NCBI GenBank assembly: GCA_000091205.1
Contig: AP006502.2
DNA from: Cyanidioschyzon merolae
Taxonomy: Eukaryota
Direction: 5' to 3' (one strand)
Length of the DNA: 64,000 nucleotides
Positions 1-11,326 of the stretch are shown piece after piece (positions within the stretch are counted from its first letter, which is position 1; each line of letters opens with the position of its first letter). Made by a program: the position numbers and the translations under genes. Below the pieces are notes generated by a model. It was not told the DNA's origin and did not search any database. It was given only the letters and a program-made list of their open reading frames with translations.

Positions 1-259
1 TTCGATCATTCAACAAAGTGGTTCATGCTGGCCTGTGAGCCTGCTCTACGAGCGAAACCGAAGGCTCCACTGGAATCCAGTGCACAGCTAGAACACATGA
101 TGATGTCCTGGTTCTCTTCGAGTTCGATCATATATACAACGGGCCCCATCACCTCGAGTACCCGTGTACGCTCAGTCGATTTCATCCGATGGACGTGTCA
201 TCTGCGGAGGGAAAACAAAGCAACATAACTCCGTTTCATACCGACCGCTGAGTTCCAGG

Positions 260-560
260 ACCGCTATTGTTGTGATTTCGATGGTAAATGGCCGTGCGTG
301 AACCAGGACTTTTTCTGCGCTTGTATTCCAACGTTTTCAGGACTATACGAACAAACAGTGAAGAAACAGAGACGGTCATGGTGGCTACTAGCGTCGCTCT
401 CTGCTTGCTGTGCGATGATCAATCGGTCGTTTACGATCATTGGCAGCAAACAGTCTTTGAGAATGCACATATCTGGCACGGAGCGCTTGTTGTTGTTTCT
501 TTCAGTATTCCTCAACTATCTGGGTACATTGGTATGACCAACCTGAAGGAGTAATGCAGT
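260..560 (-). mobile_element. Family-2 element 5' fragment (copy E)
   Basis: 'DRLCFFTVCSYSPENVGIQAQKKSWF' vs 'HRCLCFSTACSYGPETSGIQSQKVQF' (44266-44721) and '...GYIGMTNLKE*' vs '...GSCSMTNMGE*'. Confidence 0.45.
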
Positions 561-1528
561 CCTCCATGTGCACTTCCGTAAAGCGCATTTCCTATGGGCA
601 ACTCGGCTCCGATCTACACTGTACATTGGAGTGTGATATCGATCGTCTGCTACGCAGCGTGGCAGGTGGCGGCACGAAACTGTTTTGAACGACTGTAACG
701 GGAGGTGAATGGTGGAACCTGCAGTTATGGTGCAGAATGATGAATGACCTCACGTACGCGGATAACGTTGGCGCCCAATCGAAGATGTTTCAGTTCGTGA
801 CTGCGAACCATCGATCAACGTACAGAAACGATCCGATTGCTTCATCCTATGGATGATGGAAAAAGAAGAGAAAATTACTATTGTATTGGCGAAAGTGTGC
901 CGAAAGAACAGAAACAAACCACTAACTAGGAACTCGATAACAGTAGGTTTCCCTCTGTACGATAAACCTTAGAAAAGGGGGACGCTTTCCGTACGATCGA
1001 AAGTTTCCCTTGTAGACGGAAGAGCCCACAAGCCGGACGAGTCTCCGGGGCTCGTACTTCATGCCCCTCCCCCAGTGGCGGATGTTGTGACGAGACGTTA
1101 GCGACTCGTTCACATTGCGAATGCACTCTGGAACTCTGGGCAGTTGGACGGTGTCTGTGCGTCGCCCTGGTCCGGGTGGACTCCTGGAATATCGCTTCGC
1201 GCTGCTGCAGGCAATAGGTCTATATGCACAGCTTGCGGGGTTTCAGAATAATTATGCACTCTGACCCCGCTTCAGGTGAAGCACTCCTCGACCCGATGCC
1301 CTCAGTGGTATGACGAAGCCGTTCTGACTCCGTGATGCATCTGCTCCAGCGTTTTAGGCGCTACTGCCGGTGCATTGATGCAAGAACTCGGCACACGTTA
1401 GAACGTACAAAACAACCAGCACATCCGAAAGAAAGTACAAGCAATGGAACTTGGAGGTAGGGTGTAGCATCATGATGGAAGCTTTTTCGATTGCGATTAT
1501 CCATCCCGCAATCTGGGATCCATAGTCA

Positions 1529-3805
1529 ATGGAATGTTTTGGCATCGGAACAAAATCCATTTCTGCGCCAGAACAATTTTTCACTTGCACGCGAGACCAC
1601 CCAGAGCCGGAACTTGGGGCAAAGAGCGCTATGGCGTCTTCTGAAAGCTTCTCGGGCAAGGAATATACAATTGCTTCGAATGACCACACAACTGACCCGG
1701 TTCGGCGTGTGCTCCACTTTCATAGCGAAGCGAGTAAGGGCCTCAAGAACCGGGAAGAGGGCTCGTCAACCAAGCCGTCTCCGGCAAAGACGTTGCAGTT
1801 GTCTGAGAGCTGCGAACAAGACGCCCTTGCTTGCGCCTCAGAGGTGCGTATCCGAACGGTTCGCTCGTCACCAGAGTCTGGGTCACCAGGTGTCGCCGCT
1901 TCGACGGTGCTCGCACGTGACCCCGCTGTCGTGCTGGGTGCCGGCCCAGCGGGCTGCCTCATCGCACTCGAACTCAGTCGTCTTGGTATTCCCGTAGAAG
2001 TTTTTGAATATCGCTCCGCGCATTATTTTAGACCCTATATAGAGTACGCTGGAGGTGGCGGTGATCGGGCTCCTTACCAGCGATATCGCGGACGATCGAT
2101 CAATCTGGCACTTTCGGCGCGAGGTTTGCGTGCACTGGAAACCGTCGGACTCGCACAGCGCATCCAGCAAATAGGTGTGCCTATGCGGGGGCGCATGATC
2201 CACGATACAGCAGGACGCGTACACTTTCAGGCCTACGGTGGTCGTCCCGAGGAGTACTTGCTCTCGGTATCGCGCACCACGCTGAATCAGATGCTCGTGG
2301 AGACCTGTCTGCTCGATGAGCGCGGCCTGATTACGATGCATTTTGGAAAGAAATGTACCGACATTGATCTCGACCAGTGCGTCTTGACATTCGAGGATGG
2401 ATGGATGTCACCGAGGCACCACGGTTGGCCAGAATCAAATACTGAGGACACGGTTGATTCGCCACCGAGTAGCCGCAGCCTCGAGCGAGAACGAAGAGCG
2501 CGAAAGCGCGCAGCACCCGCGCGCGGCTTCCTGGGCACCAAAGAGAGAACGCCGCGTACGCCGCAGCACGACGCTACGCACAGAGAGCCTGGTGCCGAGG
2601 CCGTCCCCGGGTCGCTGATGTCGTCAACCGGACGCTCGACGTCAGCCGGAGCGGTCTCGACGCGTCATGTCACTGCAAGTTTTATCATAGGTGCGGATGG
2701 TGCACATTCGCGGGTGCGCCAAGCCATGCAACGACTTGTGCCTTTCAATTACGAGCAGGAGTACATCCCAACGGCGTACAAGGAGCTCTCGATTCCGTCA
2801 CGCATACAGCGAGATGACACCGGGGGCTCTTCGGGCGGTTACTTGTTGGCACCGCACGCGTTGCATATCTGGCCTCGACATCGCTTTATGTTGATTGCAC
2901 TGCCAAACCGAGACGGCTCCTTCACTGCTACGTTATTTATGAACAGAGATGCGGATCCAGGAGCGCCAGACGTGCCTTCGTTTGCAACCGTTCGAACGCC
3001 TTCGCAAATCCAGCAATTTTTCGAGTCCTATTTTCCGGATATTTACGCGCTTGTGCCATCGCTGGTCGCAGATTACCAGAGTAACCCGGTTGCTCCGCTC
3101 TTTACGATTCGCTGTGCACCATTTCATTACCGCGGCAGGGCGGTTCTCGTCGGAGATGCAGCACACGTGATGGTGCCGTTCTATGGTCAAGGTTGCAATG
3201 CCGCCATGGAGGATTGCCGGATTCTGGCAAATTTCTTCCGTGAAGAGATACGCCTCGCTGCGCTTCGAGCACCAAACAGACGCGTGCGGGGATGCGTGCG
3301 GCTCCCTGCCTCGGACTTGACGGTTGACTTCGAGGATGGCATTGCAGAGGACGACTTGACAGATGCGAAAGGCCTGCAGCGTGCTCTAGCCGATGATGGA
3401 TATCTGGGCGGTGTCGTAGATTCGGAATCCGAGGGCGCGGCACTTTTGGACCTGGAGCGGGTGTTCTCTGCCTATAGCGCTGAACGGAAACCGAATGCTG
3501 ACGCGATCACCAACTTGGCGCTCGAAAATTACTGGGAAATGGCCAGTAAGACCTCGTCGCGTCTTTTCCGCTGGAAACGTGAGATCCAAAACCAACTTCA
3601 CGCGCTCATGCCTTGTTATTTCATGAGCCTTTATCACATGATCTCATTCAGCAACATTCCCTATGCAGAAAGCGTTCGCAGAGCTCAGAAGCAGGATCGT
3701 GTCATGAACGCGCTCTTCCGCTCATTAGGCTTGGGCTGTGTCAGCTTTGCTGGATTCATGCTGTGGCGCGCTTGTCACTTGCTACGCAAAGCACAGAGAA
3801 ATTGA
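1529..3805 (+). CDS. Kynurenine 3-monooxygenase (FAD-dependent); the ORF carries a ~125 aa N-terminal extension and a low-complexity internal insertion, so the true start is probably an internal Met
   Basis: FAD/Rossmann motif 'VVLGAGPAGCLIALELSRLGIPVEVFEYR'; KMO signature 'RAVLVGDAAHVMVPFYGQGCNAAMEDCRILANFF'; single uninterrupted 758 aa ORF. Confidence 0.8.
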   Translation: MECFGIGTKSISAPEQFFTCTRDHPEPELGAKSAMASSESFSGKEYTIASNDHTTDPVRRVLHFHSEASKGLKNREEGSSTKPSPAKTLQLSESCEQDALACASEVRIRTVRSSPESGSPGVAASTVLARDPAVVLGAGPAGCLIALELSRLGIPVEVFEYRSAHYFRPYIEYAGGGGDRAPYQRYRGRSINLALSARGLRALETVGLAQRIQQIGVPMRGRMIHDTAGRVHFQAYGGRPEEYLLSVSRTTLNQMLVETCLLDERGLITMHFGKKCTDIDLDQCVLTFEDGWMSPRHHGWPESNTEDTVDSPPSSRSLERERRARKRAAPARGFLGTKERTPRTPQHDATHREPGAEAVPGSLMSSTGRSTSAGAVSTRHVTASFIIGADGAHSRVRQAMQRLVPFNYEQEYIPTAYKELSIPSRIQRDDTGGSSGGYLLAPHALHIWPRHRFMLIALPNRDGSFTATLFMNRDADPGAPDVPSFATVRTPSQIQQFFESYFPDIYALVPSLVADYQSNPVAPLFTIRCAPFHYRGRAVLVGDAAHVMVPFYGQGCNAAMEDCRILANFFREEIRLAALRAPNRRVRGCVRLPASDLTVDFEDGIAEDDLTDAKGLQRALADDGYLGGVVDSESEGAALLDLERVFSAYSAERKPNADAITNLALENYWEMASKTSSRLFRWKREIQNQLHALMPCYFMSLYHMISFSNIPYAESVRRAQKQDRVMNALFRSLGLGCVSFAGFMLWRACHLLRKAQRN

Positions 3806-4793
3806 GGATTCACGGAAAGCATCCGCGATGAATCGATCTGCTCCGAGCTGCACGACAGGCGTGCGTTGCGTGCGCACTGAGAACGCCACCAAGTGGGACG
3901 GCATGCGTCGTGTGCGGTGCGGTGCGGTGGAGTGACTGCCGGGAGCATCTAACGCTGACGCTTGCCCGCGTTACGCGGAGTTGTCTGGTCACGGCACGGC
4001 GGACGCAATCGACGCTGCACGCAAAAGGTCGCTGGATGCCTTCAGTCCCTATTTGTCTTTTATGGAATACTGCTAGGAAGCTTGTGGAGCATCCAACCGT
4101 CGGTGAAGGAGCGGTGCTCACATGCCTGGTAGCGGGCAACGCTTGCAATTTCCGGCACCATCTAATCAGAGACTCCGATGGTATCCAGTAAAGGAATCGA
4201 TGCGGAAGGCGCCGGGTTCTCGTTATCGCCTCCGCTGTGCCTGCTTGGCAAAGATCCCGCACGGGTGCAGAGCCGGCCTCCAGTCAACGCGTGATCATGC
4301 CCTGATGTAACATACGCTGAAACTTTACGAGCCAGAAGCTTCGTGAAAGACCTGCAATATAAAATAGGGCATTTCCCAGGAACGCAGACGCTGGATATGT
4401 CACGTCTTTGAAACATGGACGCCGGGCCTACATATGCGAGGGATTGATCGCGTTCTCGAGCGTCCTGCGCGCCTTGCGCACGTGCACAGAGACACCAAAA
4501 ACCATAGCACTGATCGGTTTACCGTTCACAAGCAGGAGCAGCGGCACCCGGAGCACCAGCACCAGTACCAGCGATGTCGCTGGCCGTCGTTCGCATCACC
4601 TGCGGTGCTGCGCGCGGAATCACAAGCGCCCATGTGCGAGCACCGTGAATACCGCGTCTTCCAGACGTCGTGTTTCCTAGCGCAGATCAATACGCCCGTG
4701 CATGTACATAGGAGTCGGTGCGTCATCCACGCAATGCACAATCTCCCAGTCTGCAGTGAACGTACTTGCGACGCTCAAACCAGGCATGGCGCT

Positions 4794-5759
4794 TTATGAC
4801 AATCTCCGCGCGCTCGTATGCCTCCTCGTGCTGGTCACGGAACCTCTTGCGGTCGATGCCAGCATACCAGCTTTCGCAGCGGACGTCGTTTGATCCCCGG
4901 CATCTGCTGAAAAATGGGTGCTTTTCACGAACTGTTGCGCTTCACTCGTGGGTTCGGAAGATAGCGCAGCTTCTTTCTCGCGAGATCTGCTCTGTTTTGG
5001 AGTCCGATACGACTTGCGGAAAAAGTCCCAAAACAAATAGCAGAACGAAATACCAACCAACTGTCCGAAAATAAAGGCCCGCATGGATCCTGAGCACCCC
5101 TTAGGATGCCTAAAGTAAAAGTAGACGAAAGGATAGGTTGCGGTTAAATCAATGACGAACTGAACGATCTGCGCCATCGTTAGATGCTGCTTCCACCAGA
5201 CCCTATACCCGAGCGCCGACACCGCGTAGTAGTAGTACATGAAAACATGCACAAACGAGTTTGCCACTACTAGAATGAAATGAATCACCATCGAAGTCCG
5301 AAGGTACATCCAGAAAAGCGGCAGCACTACGCAATGGTGATAGACGTGCAGGAAGCTCAGAGGCCGTTTCCGCAAAACCATGATGATGGTATCGAGTAAC
5401 TCATAATACTTGCTGACGTAGAACACATACATCCAGAAAAGCAAGCGACCGCGCATCACGGTACCGCGGTGGTCGCAGGCTATTGCACGCAACCCGTCTG
5501 GCTCTCGTACGGCATGCAGCATGATTTCAATGAGCGTCCCGAAACCCATGGCCAACGAAAGAAGCGTGAGAAAAACGTTGTGCAGGACGACCGCGCTTCG
5601 CAGAGAGAACGGGCGGCGTGTCCGCATGACTCGCTCGAGCCCTGTGATCACCAGCAGGTAAATGGCGATACCGGCCAAAGGGTACACGGGGCGCGAAAGC
5701 GGCGCACCACGGAACCCGAAGTTTTCCGAGTATTCCAAGAGCGGTTGTAGGCGAGTCAT
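4794..5759 (-). CDS. ELO-family very-long-chain fatty acid elongase
   Basis: Histidine box 'LSFLHVYHHCVV' (HxxHH) and 'FVHVFMYYYY' motifs typical of the ELO/ELOVL family; multiple predicted TM segments. Confidence 0.85.
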   Translation of the reverse strand: MTRLQPLLEYSENFGFRGAPLSRPVYPLAGIAIYLLVITGLERVMRTRRPFSLRSAVVLHNVFLTLLSLAMGFGTLIEIMLHAVREPDGLRAIACDHRGTVMRGRLLFWMYVFYVSKYYELLDTIIMVLRKRPLSFLHVYHHCVVLPLFWMYLRTSMVIHFILVVANSFVHVFMYYYYAVSALGYRVWWKQHLTMAQIVQFVIDLTATYPFVYFYFRHPKGCSGSMRAFIFGQLVGISFCYLFWDFFRKSYRTPKQSRSREKEAALSSEPTSEAQQFVKSTHFSADAGDQTTSAAKAGMLASTARGSVTSTRRHTSARRLS

Positions 5760-6674
5760 ACGTTCGAGCGTTTGTCGAATTCAGAAAAGCGCCGGCTGAA
5801 AAAATTGCGCAATACGCAGCGCCAGAGCAGAGACAATGCGAACAGTGCAGCGCTCCCCGCCGTGCGAGGCACGATGCAAACGCACGAACCGTGCGACTTC
5901 GAAGACGACGCAGCGAGACCGCAGTGGCCGAGAACTGCGCTCTGTACCAAGTTTCGCGTGTTCAAGAGTTACTTCGCTGTGAGCTACTTGGCAAACAACT
6001 CCGCAGGTAAACTTGGAGCAGTTCCCAGTCAGCGTATCGTTCCTGAGTTGCAACCCTCTTCTCAAGAAAAAAAAGATACCGCGCAAACTAGGACTATTTG
6101 GCTGGTAAGTTCCAGTGGAAGGAAGCTGCCTGTACGAAGAGAAGTTTTGTTTAGTGACGAAGCACAGGGTCCACACAATGCAGTCCCTGACTTGACGCCG
6201 TATTGTGCGCTGCGCTGCACCGAAGCAGTGCAACCGCCAACCCGAGCGTGCACCGAGCCCACAATGGACGCCTGTCTTGCGAGTGCGGTCTCAACACCGC
6301 AAAAGCGACTCGTTCGCGCTGCACCAGCACCTGCTTCTGGAACGGTCTACGGCGCGGTTCCGTGAGCGAACGCGTTGCACAAGCAGTCGAGAGCGCCGTC
6401 GTCACTTGCGCCGCACGAAGCGCCAGCACACGGATGCGTATATTTTTGCACGCATGCGTGCGTGCGCCGACGGCGGCGACGCGAATGCGCTGCCACAGCG
6501 CCCCAGGCACGACATCAGAGATTTGCGTTGCGCTCGTTGCGGAAGACGGTGCCAACGCTGCTGCCTTTGCCGCTACCTGCAACGCACCTGTACATGTATC
6601 GAAGACCGGAACGAGCCTTGCTGCAGAATCTGGAAATTGGGACGTAGTTCAGGTTCGAACGGTGTCTTTCTACG

Positions 6675-7463
6675 ATGACAAGTCAAGAGTCGGGCGTACG
6701 TCGCCTGGAGTGGACGCTTACCACCGCGGAATCCCTCCGGAAACTCACCGAAGAGAGCGCAACTGCTCCGGTCGTTATTGACTACATCTTATCGAAGCAA
6801 GAGGTGCTGACCACGAGGGATGTCATTGACGCGCTGTTTCTGGTCTATGATCTTCTTGTCTGGTCAGCGACAAGCTTCGCAATGCCCATATCCACAGTTG
6901 TGCGCATGCTATCGTTGCCCTTGCTTGTCGCACTGCAACGGTCCGCCATTGCAGCCTCTCTGCAGAGTGGTCCGAGCCCATGGCCCCAGTGGGAGCACGT
7001 CGCTGTCGGGGGCACCTTTGACCGGTTGCACGCAGGCCATCGACTGCTGCTGTCTGCTGCCCGATACCTGTGCCGCTCGCATCTCTACATCGGGGTCTCC
7101 GGCGAGGCACTCGTCGCCGACAAGGCGCAGAAACACAACCTGCAGGCATTCCCCGAGCGGTGTGCTGCTGTCCAAGGCTTTATGCTGCTTCTGGGGAGCG
7201 TGGTTTCTCACTTGAGCACGGTGAACATCCATCTCGTCGAGTTGGAGGACGCTGCTGGACCTGCTGCGACGGACCCGTCGCTTCAAGCGCTGGTGGTGTC
7301 CGAGGAAACCGCCGCTGCGGCAACTGCAATTAACCGACAACGGCAGGAAAGGGGCCTGTGCGAAGTGGTTTTAGTTCAGGTTCCCATTCTTTGGCAAACG
7401 CGCCCCGATGGAAAACGGGAGAAAGTGAGTTCGACCTGGCTTCGGCAGATGCTCAATGGCTGA
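6675..7463 (+). CDS. Cytidylyltransferase-like nucleotidyltransferase, most similar to eukaryotic phosphopantetheine adenylyltransferase (PPAT/CoaD-like)
   Basis: 'VAVGGTFDRLHAGHRLLLSAA' matches the (H/T)xGH nucleotidyltransferase motif in a PPAT-like context. Confidence 0.5.
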   Translation: MTSQESGVRRLEWTLTTAESLRKLTEESATAPVVIDYILSKQEVLTTRDVIDALFLVYDLLVWSATSFAMPISTVVRMLSLPLLVALQRSAIAASLQSGPSPWPQWEHVAVGGTFDRLHAGHRLLLSAARYLCRSHLYIGVSGEALVADKAQKHNLQAFPERCAAVQGFMLLLGSVVSHLSTVNIHLVELEDAAGPAATDPSLQALVVSEETAAAATAINRQRQERGLCEVVLVQVPILWQTRPDGKREKVSSTWLRQMLNG

Positions 7464-7660
7464 ATCAGACACAGCGCGTGGGCGGAAACGCTGCGCGTGC
7501 CGCACGTTTTGCGACAAAGTCGCCTTTGGACTCGCTTCGGTCCACTGACGCAACCAAAGCACCATGTCGGTTGCGCAGCTGACCCGAAACATGATCGTAG
7601 ACCGAGTTGAATAACTCGGTTGGTCACGGTCGGATCGGAGCGCGCAACAGCGGCTTCCGA

Positions 7661-10270
7661 TTAAGACGGAGGACTTCCCGTAGACACCTCTTCCTCGCCT
7701 TTCCTGAGCTCGATCTCTCTCTCGAGAACTTTCTCAGCGCGTTGGAAAAGAAGCTGCCAGAAACGAACCGACTGGCGTTCGAGAAGCTTGCCCATGATCA
7801 TTCGCGAGTCTTGAAACAGTTCTCGTACGACTAGTCGCAGCAGATTCGGATTCCTCCGTAGCGTATTCAAATCAAAGCGCTGCGATGTCGTCTCGAGCTC
7901 ACGGGGTAGTGGCGGCAGCAGCTGCTCGAGCAGCAGCTCCTGGATCGCCCTGAGTCGCGCTGAATTGGGTTCCCCGCTGCTCGGAACGATGCCAAACGTT
8001 GCACGCGAGAGCGTCTGCAGAAACGCCAACTGTAAGTCATCCACGATATCAACGAATTCATTCAAGAGGCCTTCGCGCAGAAAGAATCCCTCATTTGAGA
8101 GCAGGTATTCTAGGGCGAGGTTCCAGGCAGCGTCGGCGGACATGGGCTCGAACGGATCCACCGCAAAACCAGCAACGCCCCTGAAGCGCAACATATCCGA
8201 GCTTGACGCAGCGCTGCTTGCATCGGGGAATACGGAACCGTTTTCGCCGCTTGATGCCCCATCTCCTCCAAGAGCCAGACTGCTCTGACGGATCATCGTG
8301 AAGAGTCGATTCCAGCGAATCCGGCGAGTGGTGGTATCGAGCAGCACCTGCTGGACTGCTTCCCGCAGCGCCGGCGTCGGAGCGAAGAGTAACCGCCGCG
8401 CAACATATGGGTACGCAGCATCAACAATCCTGAAACCAGGGTCGTACTTGAGCGCAAGCCCCTCGAGCGCCGTCAATGAACGCATCACCAGCGCCAGGCT
8501 CGCCGGTATCCGAATGGGATACGCGAACGCGACCCGGCCCAGGTTCGAAGTCAACGTTGCAAAGTTCAGGTCCGTGAGGGTCGCGCGACGTCCACCTCGT
8601 TCTGCATCCGCATTGCTCGCTCGCTTGGATGCCTCGAAGGCTTCCTCCAGCGCTCGGCTGACGGGCAGCGGGTCCACATCGGGTGGAAGGAAATCCAACG
8701 CCACCAAATCACGACTCAGCTCGGCGTACTCCTTGTTAATGAGATGCGTGATCGCCATGATCAAGTGATATCGTCGGTCAGCATCAAGTTCCGCCATACA
8801 ACCAAAGTCCAGGTACACGAGTCTGCCTTCTGGTAGGGAACAGAGAAAATTTCCTGGGTGTGGATCTGCATGAAAAAACCCGTCATCCAATAGCTGTTGA
8901 AGTGAGCTCGCCACTCCGATTCGAATGAGACGCAGAGCATCCTGTTTTTCCCATTGTGACGGTTTGAGGCCGTTAATCCATTCCAGCGCCAACACATACG
9001 GCGTTGTGTAGCGCCAAAGGATGTGGGGCACGAGGATCTTGTCTCGAAGCGTCGCGTCGTTTGCTGCCAAGGACGGCGCTCGTGCGTACAACGATCGGAA
9101 GCGTTCCGCGTTCATAGCTTCGTGGACGTAATCCATCTCCTCGAAAAGTCGCTCCCCGAACTCATCCACGATTGCTGGCAAATCGGAGCGCAGTCGGAAA
9201 AACTTTCTCGCCTTATCTGCAAGCCAGCGTAGGATCAACAGATCCAGCGGCACGTCTAAATGAAGGCGTGGTCGCTGCACTTTGACAGCAACCTCCATCC
9301 CGGAATCTGAAAGCTGCGCCCGATAGACCTGCCCGAGCGACGCTGATGCAACCGGCTCAGGCATGCGACTCGCATCGAATGCACCGTTGCCAAATAACTG
9401 GTGCATGGCCTCAGCGCCAAGTTCGGCCCTGAGCAAGGCCCACGCCTCTTCTTTGGGAAACGGACCTACGTCGTCCTGCAATTTCTGGAGCTCAACCATA
9501 AAAGTCGGACCAACAATATCCGGCCGACTGCTGAGCGTCTGCCCCAGTTTGATTGCAGTGGCGCCAAAGTCGACGGCGAGCGCTCGTAGCTCGGCGGCAG
9601 AGCTTGCATCCATGCGGATGCCTTTCTCGTTCGCCAGCGCCTGGCGAAGCTCCGGGTCCCGTAGCCGCCAGCGATACCGTACAAACCAGAGCAACAGCGG
9701 GAACGCGACAGCCGCGGCCCGAGCGATGACCAAGTCGAATCGCCAACGATAGAAGCGAGCAAACGCCTGCAGATCGTAGTGAAGGAACTCGGCGCGACCT
9801 CGACGAGTGATCCAAGAGCGCAGGCGTCGCCAGTCCTGGCGTACCAGCGCCCATCCGCGAAGCCCCGCCTCGACCTCCTCGGTGTACCGATATCGGCGCT
9901 GGATTTGCTGAACATCCATGGGTATCGCATTCGAGGTTCCGGGTGCCGAATGCGCAGAAACGATGACGCTCTCCGTCTCCGACAGACTCGCTTTGGTGAC
10001 GCGCCAAAACTGGTCAAGGTGAGCGTGCTTGCGGCGCTGTCGCCATAGGCCTCGCCGTCCCGTACAATCCCAACGGCCACAAAAGTAAACTTCTCGAGCG
10101 AAAGGCTGCGCACGCCAAAATACCGGTTGAGAGAGCATGAACGCCGTTAGAGGCACCTGGGGATGCACGGGCTGCGCTTGCAAAGTAGCGCGTGCTCCAG
10201 CTCTCACCCGGTTCACGGGTTCTGGGTTGCAACACCCCTTGTCACGACCTGAGAACTGCATACCATGCAA
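7661..10270 (-). CDS. ABC1/ADCK (UbiB-family) atypical protein kinase; the first ~60 residues of the ORF are probably upstream of the true start
   Basis: 'ASLGQVYRAQLSDSGMEVAVKVQRPRL', 'HADPHPGNFL', 'YLDFGCMAEL' are ABC1/aarF-domain kinase motifs. Confidence 0.85.
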   Translation of the reverse strand: MHGMQFSGRDKGCCNPEPVNRVRAGARATLQAQPVHPQVPLTAFMLSQPVFWRAQPFAREVYFCGRWDCTGRRGLWRQRRKHAHLDQFWRVTKASLSETESVIVSAHSAPGTSNAIPMDVQQIQRRYRYTEEVEAGLRGWALVRQDWRRLRSWITRRGRAEFLHYDLQAFARFYRWRFDLVIARAAAVAFPLLLWFVRYRWRLRDPELRQALANEKGIRMDASSAAELRALAVDFGATAIKLGQTLSSRPDIVGPTFMVELQKLQDDVGPFPKEEAWALLRAELGAEAMHQLFGNGAFDASRMPEPVASASLGQVYRAQLSDSGMEVAVKVQRPRLHLDVPLDLLILRWLADKARKFFRLRSDLPAIVDEFGERLFEEMDYVHEAMNAERFRSLYARAPSLAANDATLRDKILVPHILWRYTTPYVLALEWINGLKPSQWEKQDALRLIRIGVASSLQQLLDDGFFHADPHPGNFLCSLPEGRLVYLDFGCMAELDADRRYHLIMAITHLINKEYAELSRDLVALDFLPPDVDPLPVSRALEEAFEASKRASNADAERGGRRATLTDLNFATLTSNLGRVAFAYPIRIPASLALVMRSLTALEGLALKYDPGFRIVDAAYPYVARRLLFAPTPALREAVQQVLLDTTTRRIRWNRLFTMIRQSSLALGGDGASSGENGSVFPDASSAASSSDMLRFRGVAGFAVDPFEPMSADAAWNLALEYLLSNEGFFLREGLLNEFVDIVDDLQLAFLQTLSRATFGIVPSSGEPNSARLRAIQELLLEQLLPPLPRELETTSQRFDLNTLRRNPNLLRLVVRELFQDSRMIMGKLLERQSVRFWQLLFQRAEKVLEREIELRKGEEEVSTGSPPS

Positions 10271-10549
10271 TGCCCAGGTATCTTGCCTCGACTGTCAAAC
10301 AAACGCGTGACTGCCCACGTGGTGATTCGTCAAAAGCCGCACGCAGTTATCCAGTCGGGACGTTCACAGCCAAGAACGTTTTCGTAACGGTGATGAAGCA
10401 GGCGCGAATCCGTGACGCCACCGCGCACAAGTCGTCGCAGCAGCTGTGCATCGATCGGTGAACGCTGCGCTGCGGCCGCTGCTGTCGAGTAGGCGCTGCT
10501 GGGGGGCTGCAGTGATGTCCGATGAACATGGAAAAATGAATTTTGCGTT

Positions 10550-11326
10550 CTGTCCCTGTCATGCGAATGTTATTTCCGAGGTATTCTAGGTGTACAGCAT
10601 CGACATTGTCTGTGTACCAAGTGGAGCACACGGATTCGTGTGTAGGTCCAGGATTCGCGGTGGTCTTTTTCTCGGAATACGCCTTCGACGCTTTGCCGTC
10701 GGCGTTCGCGACGTCATCGGAATCGAGATGATTCGCGACGCTCTCCGAGAACACTTCAAGAAAGTAACCCGGATCATTATGCAGGGCATGCGTACGGGCC
10801 CCGGCGATTCTCCGTTGCGTACATGGAGCATGCCCAAACCGCGCATGCTCCAAGATACCGATCTCTGTTTCAGGACAGCTTGTGGGCGCAGCAGTGCTTG
10901 CCGCAGGACTGACGCGGAATAAATCGGGGTATCGTCCCGTGACGCCTTTTTCGCAAGCACATACCAAGCGTTCACTGAAAATCACTTGTGAACTGTTCGT
11001 AGACTCCGTTCGAAGCACACATCCTCGATTCCGTGTGGGCATCCACGACGCGCCATTTGACACCAGCGTGATGCCTCGTGCCTTGAACAGTACTCACCCT
11101 GACAACGGGCGAAATCGGGACTGGAAAGCCACCATCACCATCCTTTGACTGCCGAGCACGAAGCCGGCGAGAAAAGAAAAACCGGCGTGCTACGAGCTGG
11201 AGATAGTCGGGCGGAAACGGCATCGGTGTCGGAAGAGCGCGCAACGGCTTGTGTTGATGCGCATTGGCAGAGACTCGAACGCAAGCGCATACGCCTATGT
11301 TGCTACGCCTGTTCCATTTTATACTG
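10550..11326 (+). repeat. Dispersed repeat, copy F: 3'-truncated 5' portion of the family-2 TnpB-like element; direct repeat partner of 21379-22159
   Basis: ~780 bp ~98% identical to 21379-22159; homologous at nt and translated level to 60285-61026 ('AHTKRSLKITCELFVDSVRS' vs 'THAETSLNFSCEIIDSVRAT'); both copies end at the same 'ttttatactgac'. Confidence 0.8.
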
